In this document: piece by piece, positions 19,257-29,176 of the stretch
How positions within the stretch are numbered: position 1 is the stretch's first letter
Layout of the letters: the number at the start of each line of letters is the position of its first letter
IMG/VR virus record: IMGVR_UViG_3300043436_002883
Span: 45,283-109,282 of that record
DNA: 64,000 nt
Source: a virus
Strand: one strand, 5' to 3'
The notes under the pieces: generated by a model
What the model was told of the DNA's origin: nothing
The model's input: only the letters and a program-made list of their open reading frames with translations
Databases searched by the model: none
Translations under genes and position numbers: made by a program

Positions 19257-20109
19257 TATAGTATCAAAGACCCTGTATCCCAGAATTGAAATTTACAAAG
19301 GTTTACTTCCAGATCATAAGGAAATTTTTGATGTTGTAAAGTCTACAGAAAACATTGAAAAAGATTCAGATGAACATTATTTTGTTCCGTGGACTAGATG
19401 GAGCTCCTTTGGCACATACTCATCAACAAAATTTAAGGGTGCTATGGATAACCTACGTGGCAAAAATGAAACTTTTGACAAAGAGTATTGGGCTGCAGAA
19501 ACAGTTTGGGATGCATATAATATTGCTCTTGAAGACTACATAAAGAAATATAATGTTGACCTTCCAGAAGGAGCAGAGCTCGGCTCATCATCATTTTGCA
19601 AATATTTTACTAACGTAGATTCTTTAAAGAATAATTTAACAATGCAGTATCACACAGATTTTAAACAAACAGATAAGGATGCTCCAGGAAATAAATTTTA
19701 TATAACCTGTACGGTTTATATAAATGACGACTATGAAGGCGGAGAAATTGAGTTTTATGTTAATGGAGAATTTGTTCCCGCATACAAGCCAGAGGCAGGA
19801 GACATAATGGTATTTCCTTCTGGAGAAGGATACTATCATGGCGTAAGAACGGCGACTAAAGGAAATAAATATTTAATCAGAAACTTTATGGTTTATCCAT
19901 ATAAGGGGTCTGATGAATGGCTAGAAAACCAATTAAAATACGGTGCAACAAAATGGGCTGAAATGGAAAAAAGAAGAATGAGCCTAGATGTATATGGCGG
20001 GAACCTAGTATTTGAAAATGGAAAACTAAAGGTTCCAACTGAAAAAGAAATACAAGATCATATAGATTATATCGATAGTCTAGAAGATAAAGATAAGACG
20101 GAGTGCTAA
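19249..20109 (+). CDS. 2OG-Fe(II) oxygenase, P4H-like (4)
   Basis: HTD...YINDDYEGGEIEF...YYHGV...KY. Confidence 0.88.
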   Translation: MDNIVSKTLYPRIEIYKGLLPDHKEIFDVVKSTENIEKDSDEHYFVPWTRWSSFGTYSSTKFKGAMDNLRGKNETFDKEYWAAETVWDAYNIALEDYIKKYNVDLPEGAELGSSSFCKYFTNVDSLKNNLTMQYHTDFKQTDKDAPGNKFYITCTVYINDDYEGGEIEFYVNGEFVPAYKPEAGDIMVFPSGEGYYHGVRTATKGNKYLIRNFMVYPYKGSDEWLENQLKYGATKWAEMEKRRMSLDVYGGNLVFENGKLKVPTEKEIQDHIDYIDSLEDKDKTEC

Positions 20110-20819
20110 TGGAAATTGTATCGCTTAAGGATGATGTTTTTGTTGTTGATGGTTTAATTACAGAAGAAGAATGCCAAAAAATAATTGCTTATTTTGACGC
20201 AATTACCGACGCTGGTCATTTAAAGTGGAATCAAATTTCTTTTTACGGATCTCTTGCCATGGGCTACTGGCCTTGGGACGATAACCTACTTCTATTTGGC
20301 TTGCCTAAAGATTATTTTTCTATACTAAAAGAAAAAGTTAAACTAGCAGGGGAAACCTGTTTTAACAAAGAGTTATCAGAAGTAAGTTACCACGCACAAA
20401 AGTGGGTAATAGGAGCATTTGCAGGTTTTCACTCAGATAATACCCATGAAGACGGAAAGCCTTCCGCATTCTATAAAAGTAAATATGCAGGATTCCTTTA
20501 TCTAAATGATAATTTTGATGGAGGGTTTTTAAACTTTAAACATCATGATATTGCAATAAAGCCAAAGCCTGGTAGACTTGCTTTCTTTAAAGGTGGATAT
20601 GGCAACGAGCATGAAGTCACGATGGTTGAAAAGGCAGAAAGATATACAGTGGGATCGTTTTGGGATGATGCTGATGCAGTTTATACACCAGAACAAATAG
20701 CTGAGTGGGAAGCCGAACTTAAAGAAACAAGAGCAGAACAAGAAAAAACTTACGAAGAGTGGAATGATCTTAAGAAAAGGGGAACTCCACCAACACATAA
20801 AGGTAAGTATGATGCTTAA
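20103..20819 (+). CDS. 2OG-Fe(II) oxygenase, P4H-like (5)
   Basis: HSD...YLNDNFDGGFLNF...NEHEV...RY. Confidence 0.88.
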   Translation: MLMEIVSLKDDVFVVDGLITEEECQKIIAYFDAITDAGHLKWNQISFYGSLAMGYWPWDDNLLLFGLPKDYFSILKEKVKLAGETCFNKELSEVSYHAQKWVIGAFAGFHSDNTHEDGKPSAFYKSKYAGFLYLNDNFDGGFLNFKHHDIAIKPKPGRLAFFKGGYGNEHEVTMVEKAERYTVGSFWDDADAVYTPEQIAEWEAELKETRAEQEKTYEEWNDLKKRGTPPTHKGKYDA

Positions 20820-21414
20820 AGAAATACTTACTCCAGATATACATTACTATACAGAAGTATTTGACAACCCTGAAGAGTTAATAAAAGAAATTGAATTAAT
20901 GGATCAATTTCAAGATATGGGCTCTCAGATAAGTAAATGGGAGCCATGGAATTCTTCATGCAAAACTGTTCAGTATGGTTATGAAAAAACAATCAATTAT
21001 AAAAATGTTTTAAATAATAATAATAGAGACAGGCATAACTCTAAGTTTGCCAGTATGATTCATTATAGGGCAATACAAATAGCAGAAGAGTACGCTTCGG
21101 CACATCAAATAGATTTAGGGGATCTCCCAACACATTGCAAGATATATAAATATAACAATTCTACAGAAATGGGCCCACATACTGACTGGGATCCAGACTA
21201 TAGCCCACAGCACTTGACAGGCACAGTTTCAATTGTTTTTTACTTAAACGATAATTATCAGGGTGGAGACCTGGCTTTTCCTAATGACAACCTTTCTGTT
21301 AAGCCAAAGCCTGGAAGCGCAGTCGTATTCAAGTCCCATGGAATTTTGCATGAGCCTTTGCCAACAACAGAGGGTACAAAGTATATGGTTGCAATCTTTT
21401 TCTTTAGAAAATAA
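20809..21414 (+). CDS. 2OG-Fe(II) oxygenase, P4H-like (6)
   Basis: HTD...YLNDNYQGGDLAF...LHEP...KY; start 20809/20812 is more plausible than 20764. Confidence 0.85.
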   Translation: MMLKEILTPDIHYYTEVFDNPEELIKEIELMDQFQDMGSQISKWEPWNSSCKTVQYGYEKTINYKNVLNNNNRDRHNSKFASMIHYRAIQIAEEYASAHQIDLGDLPTHCKIYKYNNSTEMGPHTDWDPDYSPQHLTGTVSIVFYLNDNYQGGDLAFPNDNLSVKPKPGSAVVFKSHGILHEPLPTTEGTKYMVAIFFFRK

Positions 21415-21445
21415 TATATAAAGGAAATAGGTATATAATAATAAG

Positions 21446-23218
21446 ATGAGCTACCAACTTAAAGTAATAAACGATTACCCTATTGGCTTTTGGCCGCTAG
21501 ACGAGCTGTCTGGCACTACCGCAACCGACGTTTCTGGATGTGGTAATTCTGGAACCTACACGGGGGCAATTTCTACGGGGCTTATTCCACTTGTTGCTGG
21601 CGGGGCAAATGGATCATTAATAACAAACACAAAGTACATTACTTTACCAGTAACCAAAGATTACTATGGATCTACCGCCGATGGTGGATTTGCAGATAAT
21701 AACTCATCAGATAACGCATTTTCATTAGAAGTTTGGATTTACCCTAAAATTACTACAACTGGGTTAACAACTATATTTGCAGACTCAACAAATAATATCG
21801 GTATTTTTTACGAAAAGGGTAACATAGTATTTAAACTTGAAGCGGAAAGACTTGATTATACTTTACCCAATATTAGCCAATCTCATCATATTGTAGCCAC
21901 GTATTCTATTACAGAAATGTCTTTATATGTAGACGGCAAATTTGCAGCAAGCAAATCTTTAAATAATTACAAGTTTACTAGCCCAACAATTACATTAAAA
22001 CTAGGTCCAACAGGAAATGCGTCCGATTCATTCATTGTAGATGCTCCAGCAGTTTACAGGTATGCTCTTGGCTCAGATAGAATTTTAGAACATTATAATT
22101 ATTCTGGCACTACTTCACCATTTCAAGTTTCTTACCCAGATAGCGGTACGTTGTTTGAAATATACGACGATAGCGTTAGCAAACAATTTAACTTTGCCTA
22201 TCCAGCTAATAAGCCGCTAGAAATTTTTGCATCAGAAGATTTAACATATAACATCCAAGAGAAATGCCTTGAAATAAACAAAACGGACTCTGCAGCCTCT
22301 AAGAGCGTAGTTGTTGTAGATGCCATAGCAATTCCTGCAGGATTCGACTTAGACTCCTCTAAGATAGAGTGGAGCGGCGATAATGGGGTGTCTGTAAGAA
22401 CTTCTACAGATGGAACAACATGGCAAGCCTGTTCTAATGGAAGAGCAATTCCTCAATTTAAATTAGGATCATTTAGTTCTGAAAGAACCCTTTATCTTGA
22501 GATAACATTTGCATCATCAGATACATCTAAATTTATTCCAAGACTATACAACCTACTACTTTGTTTCTATAAAGATCAGATCCTATATTCAATAAGCAAC
22601 CCCGATTATATTTATACAATAGAGGGCACAGCTGGATTTGCCTCAAAAGATATTACGCTAGGACGAGTTAAATATCCTATCTTGTCCCGCCAAAAGCTAA
22701 ATGGTGTGACAACAGCAGATGGGGCGGGATTTAAAATTAACACCGCAGAATCAATAAAGACAATAGAGTTATTTTTAACTCTATCAGACCTTACATCAAA
22801 CTCTATTATATCAAGCACGGCAAATGGAGACTTTGTAGCAGCAGGATATTCTTGGGCTACTAATGGAACTATTACTAAATCTAATATATCTGCTATTTAT
22901 GTTAATGGGGTAGATAGAACATCTCAGACAAATATAAGCTCTGTATTTACCCCAAACGAGCTTTATCATATTATAATTGTAACAAGTGGACCAATTACAG
23001 GCCAAATATTATTTAATCATTCAGCAACAGGTGGCCCTTCTAGCCTATATCAATATATCTCTTACTATCCATCTACATTTACAGCCCCTACCGCACTGTC
23101 TCATTACAACATGCATATTGGAAGATCTGCTACTGTAGCAGATGATTCGTCCATTACGTTGACAGAAAACTCAGTAGAGTTCTACGACAATGACTGGATT
23201 GTACTCCAAAACAAATAA
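21446..23218 (+). CDS. LamG/concanavalin A-like domain virion protein
   Basis: PIGFWPLDE.SGTTATD.SG, FSLEVWIYP, HHIVATY...LYVDG, I.EHY motifs. Confidence 0.75.
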   Translation: MSYQLKVINDYPIGFWPLDELSGTTATDVSGCGNSGTYTGAISTGLIPLVAGGANGSLITNTKYITLPVTKDYYGSTADGGFADNNSSDNAFSLEVWIYPKITTTGLTTIFADSTNNIGIFYEKGNIVFKLEAERLDYTLPNISQSHHIVATYSITEMSLYVDGKFAASKSLNNYKFTSPTITLKLGPTGNASDSFIVDAPAVYRYALGSDRILEHYNYSGTTSPFQVSYPDSGTLFEIYDDSVSKQFNFAYPANKPLEIFASEDLTYNIQEKCLEINKTDSAASKSVVVVDAIAIPAGFDLDSSKIEWSGDNGVSVRTSTDGTTWQACSNGRAIPQFKLGSFSSERTLYLEITFASSDTSKFIPRLYNLLLCFYKDQILYSISNPDYIYTIEGTAGFASKDITLGRVKYPILSRQKLNGVTTADGAGFKINTAESIKTIELFLTLSDLTSNSIISSTANGDFVAAGYSWATNGTITKSNISAIYVNGVDRTSQTNISSVFTPNELYHIIIVTSGPITGQILFNHSATGGPSSLYQYISYYPSTFTAPTALSHYNMHIGRSATVADDSSITLTENSVEFYDNDWIVLQNK

Positions 23219-23279
23219 TTTGTCCTACTGGTTGACAAAAGCTGGACTTAAGCGGGAAGTAATGGTAAAATAAATTACT

Positions 23280-23621
23280 ATGGATATCAACCGAATAAAT
23301 TCTAAAATCCTTGAAGAGGAAACAACTCTTGGGATATATGTTTGGCAAATGCCAGATGGTAGATGGATTGGAGACGATGATGGCAATTTTCTTTCAGTCA
23401 CGTCCAAAAAAGGAAATAGATCCAAGATCGATGCTTTGGCTAGAGAAGTTCGCTCATTCGGCATATATGAAGGCGGGCCTAAATTTCTTTCTGGAAGAAG
23501 AAAGATTGACGATGAAGAATTCCAACACCAAAAGCAAAGACTAGACTGGGGACTAGTTCCAGACCCACTAGATATTGGAAACTATAAAGACGAAATGAAA
23601 AAATTACGGGGTATAAAATGA
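23280..23621 (+). CDS. hypothetical protein upstream of portal
   Basis: 113 aa ORF with ATGA overlap to portal and a promoter upstream. Confidence 0.7.
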   Translation: MDINRINSKILEEETTLGIYVWQMPDGRWIGDDDGNFLSVTSKKGNRSKIDALAREVRSFGIYEGGPKFLSGRRKIDDEEFQHQKQRLDWGLVPDPLDIGNYKDEMKKLRGIK

Positions 23622-25201
23622 GCGTAGAATTTCTTGATGAGGACAACTCAGAAAACATAATTAATATTTCAAACAATGCCGATTGGTTTTCTTTAAAGAA
23701 AGATGAAATTAGCAATGACCCATTTGCGGTAGGACTAGAAGATCTTAAAAAAGTAAGAGGTCTTGGAACATCTTTTAAGCGCAAGATGAGCAGAGAATTT
23801 TCTAAATCATTTACTGGTAGAGAAGAGACTGGCACACAGCAAAATTTATTAGCACAAGCAATTACTGGCTATGCTATGTTCGACCTAGTAGAACCTCCAT
23901 ACAACCTAGAATACCTTTCAAAGGTATATGAGATTTCAACATATAACTACGCTGCAATTAATGCTAAAGTTGCAAACATTGTTGGCTTAGGATATGATTT
24001 TATAGAGACAAAGAAAACAAATGACGCCATTGATTCACTTACAGACGACAAGTCACTTGAAAGAGCACGTAGAAAGCTAAGTAAGCTAAGGCAAGATCTG
24101 CACACATGGCTTGATACAACAAATGATGAAGATACATTTACACAAACACTGATTAAGGTTTTTACAGATTACGAAGCAACAGGCAATGGCTATATTGAAA
24201 TTGGTAGAACGACAAATGGAAACATTGGATATATTGGCCACATCCCAGCAAAGACAATGCGTGTGCGTAGACTTAGAGATGGATTTATTCAACTGCTATA
24301 CGGAAAGGCTGTTTACTTTAAAAACTTTGGAGACACAGAAACAGAGAATCCAATTGCTGGTCAAGAAGACCGACCAAATGAAATTATACATTTGAAGAAG
24401 TACACTCCGATGAATAATTATTATGGAGTGGCAGATATTATTGCAGCTCAAGTCTCTTTGGCAGGTAATGAATTATCTGGCAGATACAACCTAGATTACT
24501 TTGAAAACAAGGCTGTTCCAAGATATATTATTACAGTTAAGGGAGCAAAGCTTTCAGCAGAATCAGAAAGAAAATTGCTTGAGTTTTTCCAGGTGGGACT
24601 AAAAGGAAAGAATCATAGATCCCTATATATTCCACTTCCAGGAGATACCCCAGACTCAAAGACAGAATTTAAGATGGAGCCAGTGGAAGCAAATCCACAG
24701 GAATCTTCATTTAATGTTTACCGCAAATCAAATAGAGATGAAATCCTATTGGCCCACCGTGTCCCAATTAATAAAATTGGAACTCCAGAAGGAGTAAATT
24801 TAGCGGTAGCTCGTGATGCAGATAAAACATTTAAAGAGCAGGTTTGTCGCCCAGCACAAATGATTTTAGAGAAAAAATTAAATAAAATATTTGAGGAAAA
24901 GACAGACGCATTAACTCTTAAATTTAATGAATTAACCCTTACCGATGAAGATACTCAATCTAAAATCGATGAAAGATATTTAAGAATGCAGGTAATTACC
25001 CCTAATGAAGTTAGAATTAGAAAGGGAATGATTCCACTAGAAGGCGGAGACGACGTAGTAGATTTAAAGGCTCAGGACGCCGCAGAGCAAACAGCCCAGG
25101 CTGGAAATACCCGACAAAGATCCCAAAACCGACAGGCAACTTCCCCAGATAATTCTGGAGAAGGAAGAAATGCTAAGGGCGATGGAAGACAGGTTGACTA
25201 A
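23618..25201 (+). CDS. portal protein
   Basis: GNGYIEI.R, EIIH, YYGV, YFEN.AVP, EILLAHRVP, ITPNEVR...G..PLEGGD motifs; position before protease and capsid. Confidence 0.9.
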   Translation: MSVEFLDEDNSENIINISNNADWFSLKKDEISNDPFAVGLEDLKKVRGLGTSFKRKMSREFSKSFTGREETGTQQNLLAQAITGYAMFDLVEPPYNLEYLSKVYEISTYNYAAINAKVANIVGLGYDFIETKKTNDAIDSLTDDKSLERARRKLSKLRQDLHTWLDTTNDEDTFTQTLIKVFTDYEATGNGYIEIGRTTNGNIGYIGHIPAKTMRVRRLRDGFIQLLYGKAVYFKNFGDTETENPIAGQEDRPNEIIHLKKYTPMNNYYGVADIIAAQVSLAGNELSGRYNLDYFENKAVPRYIITVKGAKLSAESERKLLEFFQVGLKGKNHRSLYIPLPGDTPDSKTEFKMEPVEANPQESSFNVYRKSNRDEILLAHRVPINKIGTPEGVNLAVARDADKTFKEQVCRPAQMILEKKLNKIFEEKTDALTLKFNELTLTDEDTQSKIDERYLRMQVITPNEVRIRKGMIPLEGGDDVVDLKAQDAAEQTAQAGNTRQRSQNRQATSPDNSGEGRNAKGDGRQVD

Positions 25202-25254
25202 CTCTACTCAACTGTTATTTGCCTTTTTATGTATAAGTCGCTAAAATTAAGCAT

Positions 25255-26607
25255 ATGAATATTGAAAAGTCTTTGTGGTCAAGTCATGGCGACAACATCA
25301 GTTTATCGGTTCCCTTCACCAAGGTCAACCGTGAAAAAAGAACTGTATCTGGATTTGCCACACTAGACAATGTTGATCAAACAGGTGACGTTGTAACAGC
25401 AGAGTCAAGCCTGAAAGCATTTGAAAGTTTCCGTGGAAACATTCGTGAGATGCACGGATCCAACGCAGTAGGTAAAATGGTTTCATTTAAGCCAGAAACT
25501 TTTTACGATGCGACATCAAAAGAATTTTATAACGGAGTCTATGTAGATGCATATATTTCAAAGGGTGCACAAGACACCTGGGAAAAAGTTCTAGATGGTA
25601 CGCTTTCTGGTTTTTCGATAGGTGGAAAGATTCTTGAATCAGACAACGAAGTTAATAAGTCAAACGGTAAGACTGTAAGATTTATTAAAAACTATGAACT
25701 AATTGAGCTTTCTATTGTTGATTCTCCAGCAAATGAACTATGCAACATTCTTTCTATACAGAAGGCAAACGGTGCATTGATATTTAAGGGAATAGCAACT
25801 GAAGTTACAACTGAAAATATTTTTTATTGCGAAGACAGCAATTCTGTTTTTATCTCAACAGAAAAAACATATGACTCTCCAATATCTGGAAAGCCAGCCA
25901 CACTAATAGGCTGGGTTGAAAGTTCAGATGTTAATAAGTCAAAAGAGATAGATAAAATTCTTGATGCATATAAGCATTCAAGATTTACGTTGCCTGAAAC
26001 ACAAACAATTGCAAAACAGGCAAACGCAGAAGGAGGTAATGAAATGTCAGATAATACAGAAAACGTAGTTGTCGAAGATGTTGCAGTTGAGGCACCAGCC
26101 GAAGCAGTAGCAGAAGAAGCAGCCGTTGAAGATACAGCAGTAGTTGCAGATGATGCAGCTCCAGCTGAAGCTCCTGCAGAAGAAGCAGCAGCAGAAGACG
26201 TTCCTGCCGAGACTCTGGAAAAAGCAGCCGAAGTATCAGAAGATAAGGTTGATGAACCTGATTTTGCGAAGATGTTAGGCGATCTAAAAGGCTTTTTCTC
26301 AGAAACTCTAAATAAGGCATCTGAAGTAAATGCAGCACAAGTAACAACAATACAAGAGACTGTTGAAGCTTTCAGCAAGAGCGTAGATATCAAAATTTCA
26401 GAGTTGGCAGAACAACACACAGCGCTTTCAAACGCTGTAAATAACATCAAGAGCACGATTGATGGTGTACAAAAGCGTGTCGATGCAGTAGAATCAGAGA
26501 CTGCAATTAAGAAGTCTTCAGATCTTGGCCGATCCGAAGAAGTAACAATCAGAAAATCTAAATGGAACGGTTCTTTCCTCGGTTCCGTAAACGAAATATT
26601 TAACTAA
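25255..26607 (+). CDS. HK97-type prohead protease fused to scaffold domain
   Basis: REMH, GFSIGG, ELSIVDSPAN motifs; acidic Ala/Glu-rich and coiled-coil C-terminus. Confidence 0.85.
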   Translation: MNIEKSLWSSHGDNISLSVPFTKVNREKRTVSGFATLDNVDQTGDVVTAESSLKAFESFRGNIREMHGSNAVGKMVSFKPETFYDATSKEFYNGVYVDAYISKGAQDTWEKVLDGTLSGFSIGGKILESDNEVNKSNGKTVRFIKNYELIELSIVDSPANELCNILSIQKANGALIFKGIATEVTTENIFYCEDSNSVFISTEKTYDSPISGKPATLIGWVESSDVNKSKEIDKILDAYKHSRFTLPETQTIAKQANAEGGNEMSDNTENVVVEDVAVEAPAEAVAEEAAVEDTAVVADDAAPAEAPAEEAAAEDVPAETLEKAAEVSEDKVDEPDFAKMLGDLKGFFSETLNKASEVNAAQVTTIQETVEAFSKSVDIKISELAEQHTALSNAVNNIKSTIDGVQKRVDAVESETAIKKSSDLGRSEEVTIRKSKWNGSFLGSVNEIFN

Positions 26608-26622
26608 GGTAGGTATAAAATA

Positions 26623-27672
26623 ATGAGCAATGAAACATTAGAAAAGGCCGTAAACGCTGGTACTCAGGTATCAACAGGATTCGGTTCAACAACTGGTGGA
26701 ACAGGAGTACACGTAGCGTCAGAAAATGGCAACGGTGGACTTCTAAACCCAGAACAATCTGCTCGCTTCCTTGACTATATGTTCGACGCAACCGTAATCG
26801 GTAAGGTCGCACGTACAGTTCGTATGAAGTCAGACACAGCAGAAATTGATCGCATGTCAGTAGGCGAAAAGCTTATGAAGCTTGCGACAGAGGCAGACAA
26901 TACTGCAGTTAACTCAGCAGTAACTTTCTCAAAGATTTCTTTGACAACAAAGAAGCTACGCATGGATTGGGAGCTTTCAACAGAGTCTCTAGAAGATAAC
27001 ATCGAAGGTGCAGATCTAGAAGATCACATTGCACGTTTGATGGCAACACAGGCAGGAAATGACATCGAAGATGTTATTCTTAACGGTGATGCATCTAATA
27101 CAGGAGACGCTCTTTACAAGTCATTTGATGGCGTTGTAAAGAAGGCAAAGGCATCAGGTCGTGTCGTAGACGCAGCTGGCGCTAACGTATCACGTGAAGT
27201 ATTCAACAAGGCACTTAAGGCTATGCCACGTAAGTACAAGCAACGTCGTGGAGACCTTCGCTTCCTTGCTGGATCAAACTTGATTCAGGATTTCCTATAT
27301 GCTAACAGCATTGGAACAAATCAGACAATCCCACAGGATATCGCTTCAAGCGTAATTCGTGGAGGAGTTGCACCACTAGGTGGACCTGCAGGATATGTGG
27401 CACCATTCGCATTTGGTATTCCAATTGTTGAAGTTCCACTACTTCCAGAGACACAGACTGGAACACATTCAGGAGCCGCTGGTTCACATGGAGATATCCA
27501 CTTGACATTCCCAAATAACGTAGTTATTGGAATCAAGCGTGACGTAACCGTTTACCGCTTCTTCGTACCACGTAAGGACACAATCGAGTACACAATGTAT
27601 ACTCGTGTAGGTGTTCAGATTGAACAAGCAGATGCTTGGGTAGTCGTAAAGAACGTTAAGGTTGCTTCTTAA
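26623..27672 (+). CDS. major capsid protein (HK97 fold)
   Basis: GGLLNPEQ, ESLEDNIEG, ILNGD, FDG.VK, GIPIVEVP motifs; synteny; terminator follows. Confidence 0.9.
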   Translation: MSNETLEKAVNAGTQVSTGFGSTTGGTGVHVASENGNGGLLNPEQSARFLDYMFDATVIGKVARTVRMKSDTAEIDRMSVGEKLMKLATEADNTAVNSAVTFSKISLTTKKLRMDWELSTESLEDNIEGADLEDHIARLMATQAGNDIEDVILNGDASNTGDALYKSFDGVVKKAKASGRVVDAAGANVSREVFNKALKAMPRKYKQRRGDLRFLAGSNLIQDFLYANSIGTNQTIPQDIASSVIRGGVAPLGGPAGYVAPFAFGIPIVEVPLLPETQTGTHSGAAGSHGDIHLTFPNNVVIGIKRDVTVYRFFVPRKDTIEYTMYTRVGVQIEQADAWVVVKNVKVAS

Positions 27673-27692
27673 TTAATTAAGAAATAGACCCC

Positions 27693-27729
27693 GAAAGGCC
27701 CCCAATTAATTTTGGGGGCTTTTCATTTT
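27693..27729 (+). terminator. intrinsic terminator after capsid gene
   Basis: GAAAGGCCCCCAA-loop-TTGGGGGCTTTTC followed by a T-rich tract. Confidence 0.85.
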
Positions 27730-27773
27730 AATTTAACAATGCTATAATTAAGGAACCTAACAAAGGAGAATAT

Positions 27774-28181
27774 ATGTCATTTGAGACATTGAAAGTAGCA
27801 GAACTCAGAAAAATTGCAGAAGATTTTGCAGTTGATACTGATGGACTAAAGAACAAGGCCGATATTGTTGCCGCTCTTGCCGAAGAGGGAGTAACATGGT
27901 CTGTTTACCAAAAGACTATCCAGGATATTGAAAAAGCGGCAGACGAATTTAGTGATGAAGCAGAAGAAATTCTTCCAAGATTTAATCCTGATTCTCAGCC
28001 AGAAAATACAATGCTAGTTAGAATGACTAGAGATAATTACAGGTATGATATTCTAGGTTTTACTTTTACAAAAGAGCATCCTTTTGTCGCAATGACATCA
28101 GAAGACGCTCAAGAAATTTTTGACAAGGAGGAAGGTTTTCGTTTAGCAACTCCAAAGGAAGTTCAGGAGTATTACGGCTAA
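27774..28181 (+). CDS. protein with N-terminal HeH/Rho-N-like motif
   Basis: LKVAELRKIAE...GLKNKADIVAAL; TGCTATAAT promoter and AAGGAG RBS upstream. Confidence 0.6.
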   Translation: MSFETLKVAELRKIAEDFAVDTDGLKNKADIVAALAEEGVTWSVYQKTIQDIEKAADEFSDEAEEILPRFNPDSQPENTMLVRMTRDNYRYDILGFTFTKEHPFVAMTSEDAQEIFDKEEGFRLATPKEVQEYYG

Positions 28182-28195
28182 ACAAACCTAAATAA

Positions 28196-29176
28196 ATGGC
28201 CGAGGTTTTAATAAAGAGTCAATCACCAATAACACATAAAGTTTTCTGGAATGGTGATGTTGCAAATGCAGACTCTCTTCCAACGGTAGCGTTGTATGAC
28301 GTCACCTTAGATGTAGCTGTAAGTCCAACAATTAGTCCTACACAGCTGCTTGCCACGCTCACAGCATCCCTGGATGAAAACAACCCTGGTACATATACCG
28401 TCAATATTCCATATCAATTTACAGACAGAAGCAAAACTTTAAGATTAAGTTGGAATTACTCTGTAAATGGAACTACAGTAAAGCATGATGATGAAGTTTT
28501 TGTTATTACTCCGTACGTAGATTTTAATCACGTATCAGATTTAAATTTTAGCACAGACTCCTCTGACCCAAACTATAAGTCCTATAGAGATCTTATTTTG
28601 GCAGAAAAATATGCTCGAAAGATTATAGAGCAGCACACAGGACAGAGATTTTATTTAGAAGACGAAACTGTTGTTGTATACGGAGATAATTCAGATACCC
28701 TGCCATTGCCTTCAAGAATTCATGAATTGCATTATTTACACGCAAACGACATATTACTATTAGACAATATCAATGAAATAAATAATTGGAATTATGATGT
28801 TGTTATCAGTGAGAGTGCATACGGTATCAGAATCAATCGTGCTTCAATGATAGACAACACAGTTTATGTGGCAAATGGAATGATACCTCCAAGCATAAAT
28901 GATTACAGCTATGGAGTTTTTCAGTCTGGAGTTCCATATAGAGTTCATGGAAGATTCGGTTGGGAAAAGGTTCCAGACAATGTCGAGCTAGCTGCAATAG
29001 AATTAATGAAAGACTATTTCTCTAAAGACAAAGTATGGAGAAATAAATATATACAGAGTATTCAGACTTTTGACTGGAACTTTAAATATGCAGATCAATC
29101 ATTTAGTGGAACTGGAAACAACTACGCAGACCAATTGCTTTCAGACTACGTTCTATCAAGATCGGTAGTAATCTAA
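28196..29176 (+). CDS. head-tail adaptor (putative)
   Basis: AEKYARKIIEQHTG and FGWEKVPDNVELAA motifs; position. Confidence 0.65.
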   Translation: MAEVLIKSQSPITHKVFWNGDVANADSLPTVALYDVTLDVAVSPTISPTQLLATLTASLDENNPGTYTVNIPYQFTDRSKTLRLSWNYSVNGTTVKHDDEVFVITPYVDFNHVSDLNFSTDSSDPNYKSYRDLILAEKYARKIIEQHTGQRFYLEDETVVVYGDNSDTLPLPSRIHELHYLHANDILLLDNINEINNWNYDVVISESAYGIRINRASMIDNTVYVANGMIPPSINDYSYGVFQSGVPYRVHGRFGWEKVPDNVELAAIELMKDYFSKDKVWRNKYIQSIQTFDWNFKYADQSFSGTGNNYADQLLSDYVLSRSVVI

